This document shows, piece after piece, positions 20,411 to 32,862 of a stretch of 44,605 nucleotides of DNA. A model generated the notes under the pieces. That model saw only the letters and a program-made list of their open reading frames with translations. It did not search any database and was not told the DNA's origin. Every line of letters begins with the position of its first letter. Positions within the stretch are counted from its first letter, which is position 1. A program made the translations under genes and the position numbers. The DNA lies in the IMG/VR virus record IMGVR_UViG_2547132255_000004; one strand, given 5' to 3'. The DNA comes from a virus. Lineage: Duplodnaviria; Heunggongvirae; Uroviricota; Caudoviricetes.

Positions 20411-20441
20411 AGCTGCCCATATCGATGGGCAACTCATGCAA

Positions 20442-20735
20442 TTATTGTGAGCAATACACACGCGCTTCCAGCGGAGTATAAATGCCTAAAGTAATAAAAC
20501 CGAGCAATCCATTTACGAATGTTTGCTGGGTTTCTGTTTTAACAACATTTTCTGCACCACCACAAATTTTTGCTGCATCGACAGTTTTCTTCTGCCCAAT
20601 TCCCGAAACGAAGAAATGATGGGTGATGGTTTCCTTTGGTGTTACTGCTGTAGGTTTGTTTCCAACAGTAAACGTCTGTTGAGCACATCCTGTAATAAGC
20701 ATTGCCAGAGCGGCAGAAAACAACATTTTTTTCAT
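20442..20735 (-). CDS. bor: Bor lipoprotein (serum-resistance outer-membrane lipoprotein)
   Basis: MKKMLFSAALAMLITGCAQQTFTVGNKPTAVTPKETITHHFFVSGIGQKKTVDAAKICGGAENVVKTETQQTFVNGLLGFITLGIYTPLEARVYCSQ recognised as lambda Bor; opposite strand to the lysis genes. Confidence 0.9.
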   Translation of the reverse strand: MKKMLFSAALAMLITGCAQQTFTVGNKPTAVTPKETITHHFFVSGIGQKKTVDAAKICGGAENVVKTETQQTFVNGLLGFITLGIYTPLEARVYCSQ

Positions 20736-21215
20736 CTTATTATCCTGCATTGTTAAAAACGGCAGAATCCTATGTGACAACAATTAAACGATAGTTAAAT
20801 GGATTGATGAAAATTAAAACTACACAGGTGGGCTCAGACTATTGGAGGAAGTTGGGGACACTCAGAATCCTGTGGAATGAAATAAACCGGTCTATCCGTC
20901 CATTACCCTTTTAGCTGCGCTGTATCGTCGCCGTATTCCCGCATTAACCATGACCGTAGCCCGACGGGGAATTCCTTCTGCGTGAGTGTGCGGGAATAAT
21001 TAAAAACGATGCACACCGGGTTTTTACCGCGTTAATGATTCGCGGGTTTATCCCGGTGCGATGGTGGAAGAAACAGGAAGCTGTATTACAGAAAGTGCTA
21101 CTACTGTATCCCGATGCGATGTATGTAATGTGAGTCAGATAATGGCACAGGATGTGGTGATGTGGCAGTCTGGAACACAGGATATATTGTCAGAATAAGA
21201 CCCGTAGGAATAAAA

Positions 21216-21542
21216 ATGAAAAGACGCCTTTTACTACTTTTTCTGTTATCTGTCCTGGCAGTGGGATGCTCGCAGCAAAAAGCTGATGAGCCCCGGCAAT
21301 TAGTGACGGTGTATCCACGATATCCGGAATATGCTGCAGCAAATTATATCAAGGGGCTGGTTGAGGTTAAGTTCGATATTGGTGCTGATGGGACTGTGAC
21401 ACGGATCGTTTTTCTCCGCTCAGAGCCTCATAATTTGTTTCGTGATGAAGTGGTGAAGGCCATGGCGAAATGGCGATTTGAAAAGAATCGCCCCTGTCAG
21501 GGAGTGAAGAGACAATTTATCTTTACGCCGTCACGTCCTTGA
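21216..21542 (+). CDS. Lipoprotein with TonB C-terminal-like domain
   Basis: Lipobox LLSVLAVGC after a basic N-terminus (MKRRLLLLF); mature part YPRYPEYAAANYIKGLVEVKFDIGADGTVTRIVFLRSEPHNLFRDEVVKAMAKWRFEK follows the TonB C-terminal domain pattern (YP..A......G.V.V.F.V..DG.V.......S.......F..EV..AM..WR.EP). Confidence 0.65.
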   Translation: MKRRLLLLFLLSVLAVGCSQQKADEPRQLVTVYPRYPEYAAANYIKGLVEVKFDIGADGTVTRIVFLRSEPHNLFRDEVVKAMAKWRFEKNRPCQGVKRQFIFTPSRP

Positions 21543-21664
21543 TGCTTCCAGATAGAGAGGGGCTGGAAGCAGGAGAAAAATGAAAGAGCCAGCGGTTATA
21601 TTTTTGTCATGGCTGACGAGGAATGATGGAAGAAGGCGTTGTATGCCACACAACGCCTCACTGT

Positions 21665-22018
21665 TCATTTCTTCTTTTTCTCTGGTGGAACCCGATGAAT
21701 AAGAGTTGCACTGGTTTCCGATGAGATGGCGATATACTCGGGCAAAGTATGCTGGCAGTTTTCCAACTGGTCAAAAATACCTGCTCTCGTCTGTTGCAAT
21801 GCCTGCAGCATGCGGCGGCAATGCGCCTTGCTTTTACTAACCATCTTTCCTTCCTCTATCAGTCGCTGCGTGAACTCATCATGGAATACCAGGTAAATGC
21901 GGATGTTATCGGTTTTGGCTACGCAGCATAGTACAAAACGGGCAGGTGCATCCCGGGACGGGGGAGGCGTCACATGTCCCTGTGATGGTTGTTCCGGGTA
22001 ATGTACTGTGTGGGGCAT
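21665..22018 (-). CDS. Hypothetical ORF (117 aa) adjacent to cos; true extent uncertain
   Basis: ORF-track ORF; overlaps the next ORF in another frame; the two may be parts of one frameshifted gene. Confidence 0.3.
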   Translation of the reverse strand: MPHTVHYPEQPSQGHVTPPPSRDAPARFVLCCVAKTDNIRIYLVFHDEFTQRLIEEGKMVSKSKAHCRRMLQALQQTRAGIFDQLENCQHTLPEYIAISSETSATLIHRVPPEKKKK

Positions 22019-22157
22019 AAAAATGTCCGATAATTTTACTTTCTACCGCAGTTAGTTGATTCGTTGGTCCTGGTAGCACATTGGGCGAGGATTTAAATGC
22101 CAGGCAACTGAAGGATGATGTCGCAAGGGAGATAGCGAGAATATTTCTGATTTTCAT
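21906..22157 (-). CDS. Hypothetical secreted protein (about 84 aa, signal peptide MKIRNILAISLATSSFSCLA)
   Basis: Internal Met of ORF 21906..22226 gives a signal-peptide-like N-terminus; overlaps ORF 21665..22018. Confidence 0.3.
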   Translation of the reverse strand: MKIRNILAISLATSSFSCLAFKSSPNVLPGPTNQLTAVESKIIGHFYAPHSTLPGTTITGTCDASPVPGCTCPFCTMLRSQNR

Positions 22158-22299
22158 TTGATGATGCCTCTGTGTGAAATGACGGTAAACGACGCACTTG
22201 TGCCGGCACATAATAGCAAGCACCATAATAGATCAGATTCGATTCTTGCTGTAAGTGATAATTATTCTCGTTTTCGGGTCCTTTCCGTCGATCCAACAG

Positions 22300-22494
22300 G
22301 TTACGGGGCGGCGACCTCGCGGGTTTTCGCTATTTATGAAAATTTTCCGGTTTAAGGCGTTTCCGTTCTTCTTCGCCGTAACCTAATGTTTTTATTTAAA
22401 ACACCCCCTGAAAAGAAAGGAAACGACAGGTGCTGAAAACGGGCTTTTTAGCCTCTGTCGTTTCCTTTCTCTGTTTTTGTCCGTGGAATGAACA
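22300..22494 (+). other. cos site: cosN cohesive-end sequence GGGCGGCGACCT (about 22306-22317) followed by the cosB region upstream of nu1
   Basis: Sequence ...ACAGGTTACG GGGCGGCGACCT CGCGGGTTTTCGCTATTTATGAAAATTTTCCGGTTTAAGG... matches the junction of lambda right and left ends as recalled. Confidence 0.8.
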
Positions 22495-23014
22495 ATGGAA
22501 GTCAACAAAAAGCAGCTGGCTGACATTTTCGGTGCGAGTATCCGTACCATTCAGAACTGGCAGGAGCAGGGAATGCCCGTTCTGCGAGGTGGTGGGAAGG
22601 GTAATGAGGTGCTTTATGACTCTGCCGCCGTCATAAAATGGTATGCCGAAAGGGATGCTGAAATTGAGAACGAAAAGCTGCGCCGGGAGGTTGAAGAACT
22701 GCGGCAGGCCAGCGAGGCAGATCTCCAGCCAGGGACTATTGAGTACGAACGCCATCGACTTACGCGTGCGCAGGCCGACGCACAGGAACTGAAGAATGCC
22801 AGAGACTCCGCTGAAGTGGTGGAAACCGCATTCTGTACTTTCGTGTTGTCGCGGATCGCAGGTGAAATTGCCAGTATTCTCGACGGGATCCCCCTGTCGG
22901 TGCAGCGGCGTTTTCCGGAACTGGAAAACCGACATGTTGATTTCCTGAAACGGGATATCATCAAAGCCATGAACAAAGCAGCCGCGCTGGATGAACTGAT
23001 ACCGGGGTTGCTGA

Positions 23015-23040
<26 letters not shown>
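22495..23040 (+). CDS. nu1: Terminase small subunit Nu1
   Basis: 181-aa protein MEVNKKQLADIFGASIRTIQNWQEQGMPVLRGGGKGNEVLYD... recognised as lambda Nu1. Confidence 0.95.
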
Positions 23041-26721
<3,681 letters not shown>

Positions 26722-26741
<20 letters not shown>

Positions 26742-28053
26742 TCTCCCGCATATTGCCAGCATGGCCTTTAATGAGCCGCTGATGCTTGAACCCGCCTATG
26801 CGCGGGTTTTCTTTTGTGCGCTTGCAGGCCAGCTTGGGATCAGCCGCCTGACGGATGCGGTGTCCGGCGACAGCCTGACTGCCCAGGAGGCACTCGCGAC
26901 GCTGGCATTATCCGGTGATGATGACGGACCACGACAGGCCCGGAGTTATCAGGTCATGAACGGCATCGCCGTGCTGCCGGTGTCCGGCACGCTGGTCAGC
27001 CGGACGCGGGCGCTGCAGCCGTACTCGGGGATGACCGGTTACAACGGCATTATCGCCCGTCTGCAACAGGCTGCCAGCGACCCGATGGTGGACGGCATTC
27101 TGCTCGATATGGACACGCCAGGCGGAATGGTGGCGGGGGCATTTGACTGCGCTGACATCATCGCCCGTGTGCGTGACATAAAACCGGTATGGGCGCTGGC
27201 CAACGACATGAACTGCAGTGCAGGTCAGCTGCTTGCCAGTGCCGCCTCCCGGCGTCTGGTCACGCAGACCGCCCGGACAGGCTCCATCGGCGTCATGATG
27301 GCTCACAGTAATTACGGTGCTGTCCTGGAGAAACAGGGTGTGGAAATCACGCTGATTTACAGCGGCAGCCATAAGGTGGATGGCAATCCCTACAGCCATC
27401 TTCCGGATGACGTCCGGGAGACACTGCAGTCCCGGATGGACGCAACCCGCCAGATGTTTGCGCAGAAGGTGTCGGCATATACCGGCCTGTCTGTGCAGGC
27501 TGTGCTGGATACCGAGGCTGCAGTGTACAGCGGTCAGGAGGCCATTGATGCCGGACTGGCTGATGAACTTGTTAACAGCAGCGATGCGATCACCGTCATG
27601 CGTGATGCACTGGATGCACGTAAATCCCGTCTCTCAGGAGGGCGAATGACCAAAGAGACTCAATCAACAACTGTTTCAGCCACTGCTTCGCAGGCTGACA
27701 TCACCACCGTGGAGCCTGCGAAGGAGGGCGAAAACGCCAGCGCGGCGCAGCCGGATGTGAACGCACAGATCACCGCAGCGGTTGCGGCAGAAAACAGCCG
27801 CATTATGGGGATCCTCAACTGTGAGGAGGCTCACGGACGCGAAGAACAGGCGCGCGTTCTGGCAGAAACCCCCGGAATGACCGTGGAAACGGCCCGCCGC
27901 ATTCTGGCCGCAGCACCACAGAGTGCACAGGCGCGCAGTGACACTGCGCTGGATCGTCTGATGCAGGGTGCACCGGCACCGCTGGCTGCAGGTAACCTGG
28001 CATCTGATACCAATAAAGAATTACTTAATACACCTGAAGCTTTACCGGTATAA
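26722..28053 (+). CDS. C: Head protease/scaffold C (with internal in-frame Nu3 scaffold region)
   Basis: GTG start (VTAELRNLPHIASMAFNEPLMLEPAYARVFF...) overlapping the B end; matches lambda gpC; the ORF-track ORF 26575..28053 includes upstream read-in. Confidence 0.9.
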
Positions 28054-28062
28054 GAGGCAGTT

Positions 28063-28395
28063 ATGGCGACAAAAGAAGAGTTTAACCATTACCAGCCGCT
28101 GGGTAACAGTGATCCGGCTCATACAGCAATTGCGCCTGGCGGATTGAGTGCGAAAACGCCTGCAATGACCCCACTGATGCTGGATGGCACTACCCGTAAG
28201 CTGGTTGTGTGGGATGGCACCACCGACGGTGCAGCCGTTGGCATTCTTGCGGTTGCTGCTGACCAGACCAGCACCACACTGACGTTCTACAAGTCCGGCT
28301 CGTTCCGTTATGAGGATGTGCTCTGGCCGGAGGCTGCCAGCGACGAGACGAAAAAACGGACCGCGTTTGCCGGAACGGCAATCAGCATCGTTTAA
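28063..28395 (+). CDS. D: Head decoration protein D
   Basis: 110-aa protein ...[30 protein letters not shown]...[39 protein letters not shown] matches lambda gpD. Confidence 0.95.
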   Translation: MATKEEFNHYQPLGNSDPAHTAIAPGGLSAKTPAMTPLMLDGTTRKLVVWDGTTDGAAVGILAVAADQTSTTLTFYKSGSFRYEDVLWPEAASDETKKRTAFAGTAISIV

Positions 28396-28415
28396 TCTTC
28401 CCCTTCATCAACAAA

Positions 28416-28437
28416 GGCCGCCTGTGCGGCTTTTTTT
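28416..28437 (+). terminator. GC-rich hairpin followed by T7 run between D and E (attenuator/terminator-like)
   Basis: GGCCGC-ctgt-GCGGC then TTTTTTT. Confidence 0.4.
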
Positions 28438-28450
28438 ATGGAAATAATTT

Positions 28451-29476
28451 ATGTCTGTATATACAACTGCAGAATTACTGGCATCGACCCAGCATCACTT
28501 TAAGTTCGATCCGCTGTTTCTGCGCCTGTTTTTCCGTGAAACCTATCCTTTCACCACGGAAAAAGTCTATCTCTCACAAATTCCGGGACTGGTAAACATG
28601 GCGCTGTACGTTTCGCCGATTGTTTCCGGTGAGGTTATCCGATCCCGTGGCGGCTCCACCTCTGAATTTACGCCGGGTTATGTCAAACCCAAGCATGAGG
28701 TGAATCCGCAGATGACCCTGCGTCGCCTGCCGGATGAAGATCCGCAGAACCTGGCTGACCCGGCTTACCGTCGTCGCCGTATTATTCGGCAGAATATGCT
28801 GGATGAAAATCTGGCGATTGCCCAGGTCGAAGAGATGCAGGCAGTTTCTGCCGTGCTTAAGGGCAAATATACCATGACCGGTGAAGCCTTCGATCCGGTT
28901 GAGGTGGATATGGGCCGCAGTGAGGCGAATAACATCACGCAGTCCGGCGGCACGGAGTGGAGCAAGCGTGACAAGTCCACGTATGACCCGACCGACGATA
29001 TCGAAGCCTACGCGCTGAACGCCAGCGGTGTGGTGAATATCATCGTGTTTGATCCGAAAGGCTGGGCGCTGTTCCGTTCCTTCAAAGCCGTCAAGGAGAA
29101 GCTGGATACCCGTCGCGGCTCTCATTCCGAGCTGGAGACAGCGGTAAAAGACCTGGGCAAAGCGGTGTCTTATAAGGGAATGTATGGCGATGTGGCCATC
29201 GTCGTGTATTCCGGACAGTACGTGGAAAACGGCGTCAAAAAGAACTTCCTGCCGGACAACACGATGGTGCTGGGGAACACTCAGGCACGCGGTCTGCGCA
29301 CCTATGGTTGCATTCAGGATGCGGACGCACAGCGCGAAGGCATTAACGCCTCTGCCCGTTACCCGAAAAACTGGGTGACCACCGGCGACCCGGCGCGTGA
29401 GTTCACCATGATTCAGTCAGCACCGCTGATGCTGCTGGCTGACCCTGATGAGTTCGTGTCTGTACAACTGGCGTAA
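28451..29476 (+). CDS. E: Major capsid protein E
   Basis: 341-aa protein MSVYTTAELLASTQHHFKFDPLFLRLFFRETYPFTTEKVYLSQIPGLVNMALYVSPIVSGEVI... matches lambda gpE. Confidence 0.95.
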   Translation: MSVYTTAELLASTQHHFKFDPLFLRLFFRETYPFTTEKVYLSQIPGLVNMALYVSPIVSGEVIRSRGGSTSEFTPGYVKPKHEVNPQMTLRRLPDEDPQNLADPAYRRRRIIRQNMLDENLAIAQVEEMQAVSAVLKGKYTMTGEAFDPVEVDMGRSEANNITQSGGTEWSKRDKSTYDPTDDIEAYALNASGVVNIIVFDPKGWALFRSFKAVKEKLDTRRGSHSELETAVKDLGKAVSYKGMYGDVAIVVYSGQYVENGVKKNFLPDNTMVLGNTQARGLRTYGCIQDADAQREGINASARYPKNWVTTGDPAREFTMIQSAPLMLLADPDEFVSVQLA

Positions 29477-29517
29477 TCATGGCCCTTCGGGGCCATTGTT
29501 TCTCTGTGGAGGAGTCC

Positions 29518-29913
29518 ATGACGAAAGATGAACTGATTGCCCGTCTCCGCTCGCTGGGTGAACAACTGAACCGTGATATCAGCCTGACGGGGACGAAAGA
29601 AGAACTGGCGCTCCGTGTGGCAGAACTGGAAGAAGAGCTTGATGACACGGGCGACACTGCCGGTCAGGATATCCCTCTCAGCCCGGAAAATGTGCTGACC
29701 GGACATGAAAATGAGGTTGTATCAGCGCAGCCGGATACCGTGACTGATACGGCTGATCTGGTCACGGTTGTGGCACTGGTGACGCTGCATACTGATGCAC
29801 TTCACGCCACGCGGGATGAGGCTGTGGCATTTGTGCTGCCGGGAACGGCGTTCCGTGTCTCTGCCGGTGTGGCAGCTGAAATGACAGAGCGCGGCCTGGC
29901 CAGAATACAATAA
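29518..29913 (+). CDS. FI: Head assembly protein FI
   Basis: Internal Met MTKDELIARLRSLGEQLNRD... of ORF 29479..29913 matches the lambda gpFI start. Confidence 0.85.
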   Translation: MTKDELIARLRSLGEQLNRDISLTGTKEELALRVAELEEELDDTGDTAGQDIPLSPENVLTGHENEVVSAQPDTVTDTADLVTVVALVTLHTDALHATRDEAVAFVLPGTAFRVSAGVAAEMTERGLARIQ

Positions 29914-29924
29914 CGGGAGGCGCT

Positions 29925-30278
29925 GTGGCTGATTTCGATAACCTGTTCGATGCTGCCATTGCCTGCGCCGATGAAACGATACGCGGGTACATGGGAACGT
30001 CAGCCACCATGACATCCGGTGAGCAGTCCGGTGCTGTGATACGTGGTGTTTTTGATGACCCTGAAAATATCAGCTATGCCGGACAGGGCGTGCGCGTTGA
30101 AGGCTCCAGCCCGTCCCTGTTTGTCCGGACTGATGATGTGCGGCAGCTGCGGCGCGGCGACACGCTGACCATCGGTGAGGAAAACTTCTGGATAGACCGG
30201 ATTTCGCCGGATGATGGCGGAAGCTGTCATCTCTGGCTTGGGCGGGGCGTACCGCCTGCCGTTAACCGTCGCCGCTGA
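29925..30278 (+). CDS. FII: Head-tail connector protein FII
   Basis: 117-aa protein MADFDNLFDAAIACADETIRGYMGTSATMTSGEQSGAVIRGVFDDPENISYAGQGVRVEGSSPSLFVRTDD... matches lambda gpFII. Confidence 0.9.
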   Translation: MADFDNLFDAAIACADETIRGYMGTSATMTSGEQSGAVIRGVFDDPENISYAGQGVRVEGSSPSLFVRTDDVRQLRRGDTLTIGEENFWIDRISPDDGGSCHLWLGRGVPPAVNRRR

Positions 30279-30289
30279 AAGGGGGATGT

Positions 30290-30868
30290 ATGGCCATAAA
30301 AGGTCTTGAGCAGGCCGTTGAAAACCTCAGCCGTATCAGCAGAACGGCGGTGCCCGGTGCCGCCGCAATGGCCATTAACCGCGTTGCTTCATCCGCGATA
30401 TCGCAGTCGGTGGCACAGGTTGCCCGTGAGACAAAGGTACGCCGGAAACTGGTAAAGGAAAGGGCCAGGCTGAAAAGGGCCACAGTCAAAAATCCGCAGG
30501 CCAGAATCAAAGTTAACCGGGGGGATTTGCCCGTAATCAGGCTGGGTAACGCGCGGGTTGTCCTGTCCCGACGCAGGCGTCGTAAAAAGGGGCAGCGTTC
30601 ATCCCTGAAAGGTGGCGGCAGCGTGCTTGTGGTGGGAAACCGTCGTATTCCCGGCGCGTTTATTCAGCAACTGAAAAATGGCCGCTGGCATGTCATGCAG
30701 CGTGTGGCCGGGAAAAACCGTTACCCCATTGATGTGGTGAAAATTCCGATGGCGGTGCCGCTGACCACGGCGTTTAAACAGAATATTGAGCGGATACGGC
30801 GTGAGCGTCTTCCGAAAGAGCTGGGCTATGCGCTGCAGCATCAACTGAGGATGGTAATAATGCGATGA
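30290..30868 (+). CDS. Z: Tail completion protein Z
   Basis: 192-aa protein in the lambda position; lambda-like sequence. Confidence 0.9.
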   Translation: MAIKGLEQAVENLSRISRTAVPGAAAMAINRVASSAISQSVAQVARETKVRRKLVKERARLKRATVKNPQARIKVNRGDLPVIRLGNARVVLSRRRRRKKGQRSSLKGGGSVLVVGNRRIPGAFIQQLKNGRWHVMQRVAGKNRYPIDVVKIPMAVPLTTAFKQNIERIRRERLPKELGYALQHQLRMVIMR

Positions 30869-31260
30869 AACATACTGAACTCCGTGCAGCCGTACTGGAT
30901 GCACTGGAAAAATATGACACCGGGGCGACGCTTTTTGATGGTCGCCCCGCTGTTTTTGATGAGGCGGATTTTCCGGCAATTGCCGTTTATCTCACCGGCG
31001 CTGAATACACGGGCGAAGAGCTGGACAGCGATACCTGGCAGGCGGAGCTGCATATTGAAGTTTTCCTGCCTGCTCAGGTGCCGGATTCAGCGCTGGATTC
31101 GTGGATGGAGTCCCGGATTTATCCGGTGATGAGCGATATCCCGGCACTGTCAGATTTGATCACCAGTATGGTGGCCAGTGGCTATGACTACCGACGCGAC
31201 GATGATGCGGGCCTGTGGAGTTCAGCCGATCTGACTTATGTCATTACCTATGAAATGTGA
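30865..31260 (+). CDS. U: Tail terminator protein U
   Basis: 131-aa protein [52 protein letters not shown]... matches lambda gpU. Confidence 0.9.
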   Translation: MKHTELRAAVLDALEKYDTGATLFDGRPAVFDEADFPAIAVYLTGAEYTGEELDSDTWQAELHIEVFLPAQVPDSALDSWMESRIYPVMSDIPALSDLITSMVASGYDYRRDDDAGLWSSADLTYVITYEM

Positions 31261-31267
31261 GGACGAT

Positions 31268-32008
31268 ATGCCTGTACCAAATCCTACAATGCCGGTGAAA
31301 GGTGCCGGGACCACACTGTGGGTTTATAAGGGGAACGGTGACCCTTATGCGAACCCGCTTTCAGACGTGGACTGGTCGCGTCTGGCAAAAGTTAAAGACC
31401 TGACGCCCGGCGAACTGACCGCTGAGTCCTATGACGACAGCTATCTCGATGATGAAGATGCGGACTGGACTGCGACCGGGCAGGGGCAGAAATCAGCCGG
31501 AGATACCAGCTTCACGCTGGCGTGGATGCCCGGAGAACAGGGGCAGCAGGCGCTGCTGGCGTGGTTTAATGAAGGGGATACCCGTGCCTATAAAATCCGC
31601 TTCCCGAACGGCACGGTCGATGTGTTCCGCGGCTGGGTCAGCAGTATCGGTAAGGCGGTGACGGCGAAGGAAGTGATCACCCGCACGGTGAAAGTCACCA
31701 ACGTGGGACGTCCGTCGATGGCAGAAGATCGCAGCACGGTGACGGCGACAACCGGCATGACGGTGACACCCGCCAGTGCTTCCGTAGTGAAAGGGCAGAG
31801 CACTACGCTGACCGTGGCATTCCAGCCGGAGGGCGCAACCGACAAGAGCTTCCGTGCGGTGTCTGCGGATAAAACAAAAGCCACCGTGTCGGTCAGCGGT
31901 ATGACCATCACCGTGAACGGCGTTGCTGCAGGCAAGGTCAACATTCCGGTTGTATCCGGTAATGGTGAGTTTGCTGCGGTTGCAGAAATCACCGTCACCG
32001 CCAGTTAA
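31268..32008 (+). CDS. V: Major tail protein V (with C-terminal Ig-like domain)
   Basis: Internal Met [31 protein letters not shown]... of ORF 31238..32008 matches the lambda gpV start. Confidence 0.9.
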   Translation: MPVPNPTMPVKGAGTTLWVYKGNGDPYANPLSDVDWSRLAKVKDLTPGELTAESYDDSYLDDEDADWTATGQGQKSAGDTSFTLAWMPGEQGQQALLAWFNEGDTRAYKIRFPNGTVDVFRGWVSSIGKAVTAKEVITRTVKVTNVGRPSMAEDRSTVTATTGMTVTPASASVVKGQSTTLTVAFQPEGATDKSFRAVSADKTKATVSVSGMTITVNGVAAGKVNIPVVSGNGEFAAVAEITVTAS

Positions 32009-32023
32009 TCCGGAGAGTCAGCG

Positions 32024-32446
32024 ATGTTCCTGAAAACCGAATCATTTGAATATAACGGCGTGACCGTCACGCTTTCTGAACTGTCAGCCCTGCAGCGTAT
32101 TGAGCATCTTGCCCTGATGAAACGGCAGGCAGAACCGGCGGGATCCGACAGCAACCGGCAGGTTACTGTGGAAGACGTCATCAGAACCGGCGCGTTTCTG
32201 GTGGCGATGTCCCTGTGGCATAACCATCCGAAGAAGACGCAGATGCCGTCCATGAATGAAGCCGTTAAACAGATTGAGCAGGAAGTGCTTACCACCTGGC
32301 CCACAGAGGCAATTTCTCATGCTGAAAACGTGGTGTACCGGCTGTCCGGTATGTATGAGTTTGTGGTGAATAATGCCCCCGAACAGGCAGAGGACGCCGG
32401 GCCTGCAGAGCCTGTTTCTGCGGGAAAGTGTTCGACGGTGAGCTGA
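32024..32446 (+). CDS. G: Tail assembly chaperone G
   Basis: 140-aa protein MFLKTESFEYNGVTVTLSELSALQRIEHLALMKRQAEPAG... matches lambda gpG; slippery site GGGAAAG near its 3' end. Confidence 0.9.
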   Translation: MFLKTESFEYNGVTVTLSELSALQRIEHLALMKRQAEPAGSDSNRQVTVEDVIRTGAFLVAMSLWHNHPKKTQMPSMNEAVKQIEQEVLTTWPTEAISHAENVVYRLSGMYEFVVNNAPEQAEDAGPAEPVSAGKCSTVS

Positions 32447-32862
32447 GTTTTGCCCTGAAACTGGCGCGTGAGATGGGGCGACCCGACTGGCGTGCCATGC
32501 TTGCCGGGATGTCATCCACGGAGTATGCCGACTGGCACCGCTTTTACAGTACCCATTATTTTCATGATGTTCTGCTGGATATGCACTTTTCCGGGCTGAC
32601 GTACACCGTGCTCAGCCTGTTTTTCAGCGATCCGGATATGCATCCGCTGGATTTCAGTCTGCTGAACCGGCGCGAGGCTGACGAAGAGCCTGAAGATGAT
32701 GTGCTGATGCAGAAAGCGGCAGGGCTTGCCGGAGGTGTCCGCTTTGGCCCGGACGGGAATGAAGTTATCCCCGCTTCCCCGGATGTGGCGGACATGACGG
32801 AGGATGACGTAATGCTGATGACAGTATCAGAAGGGATCGCAGGAGGAGTCCGGTATGGCTGA
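32428..32862 (+). CDS. T: T region of the G-T tail assembly chaperone, expressed by programmed -1 frameshift from G
   Basis: ORF in the -1 frame relative to G, beginning at the slippery heptamer GGGAAAG (about 32422-32428); conserved lambda G/G-T arrangement. Confidence 0.8.
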   Translation: MFDGELSFALKLAREMGRPDWRAMLAGMSSTEYADWHRFYSTHYFHDVLLDMHFSGLTYTVLSLFFSDPDMHPLDFSLLNRREADEEPEDDVLMQKAAGLAGGVRFGPDGNEVIPASPDVADMTEDDVMLMTVSEGIAGGVRYG

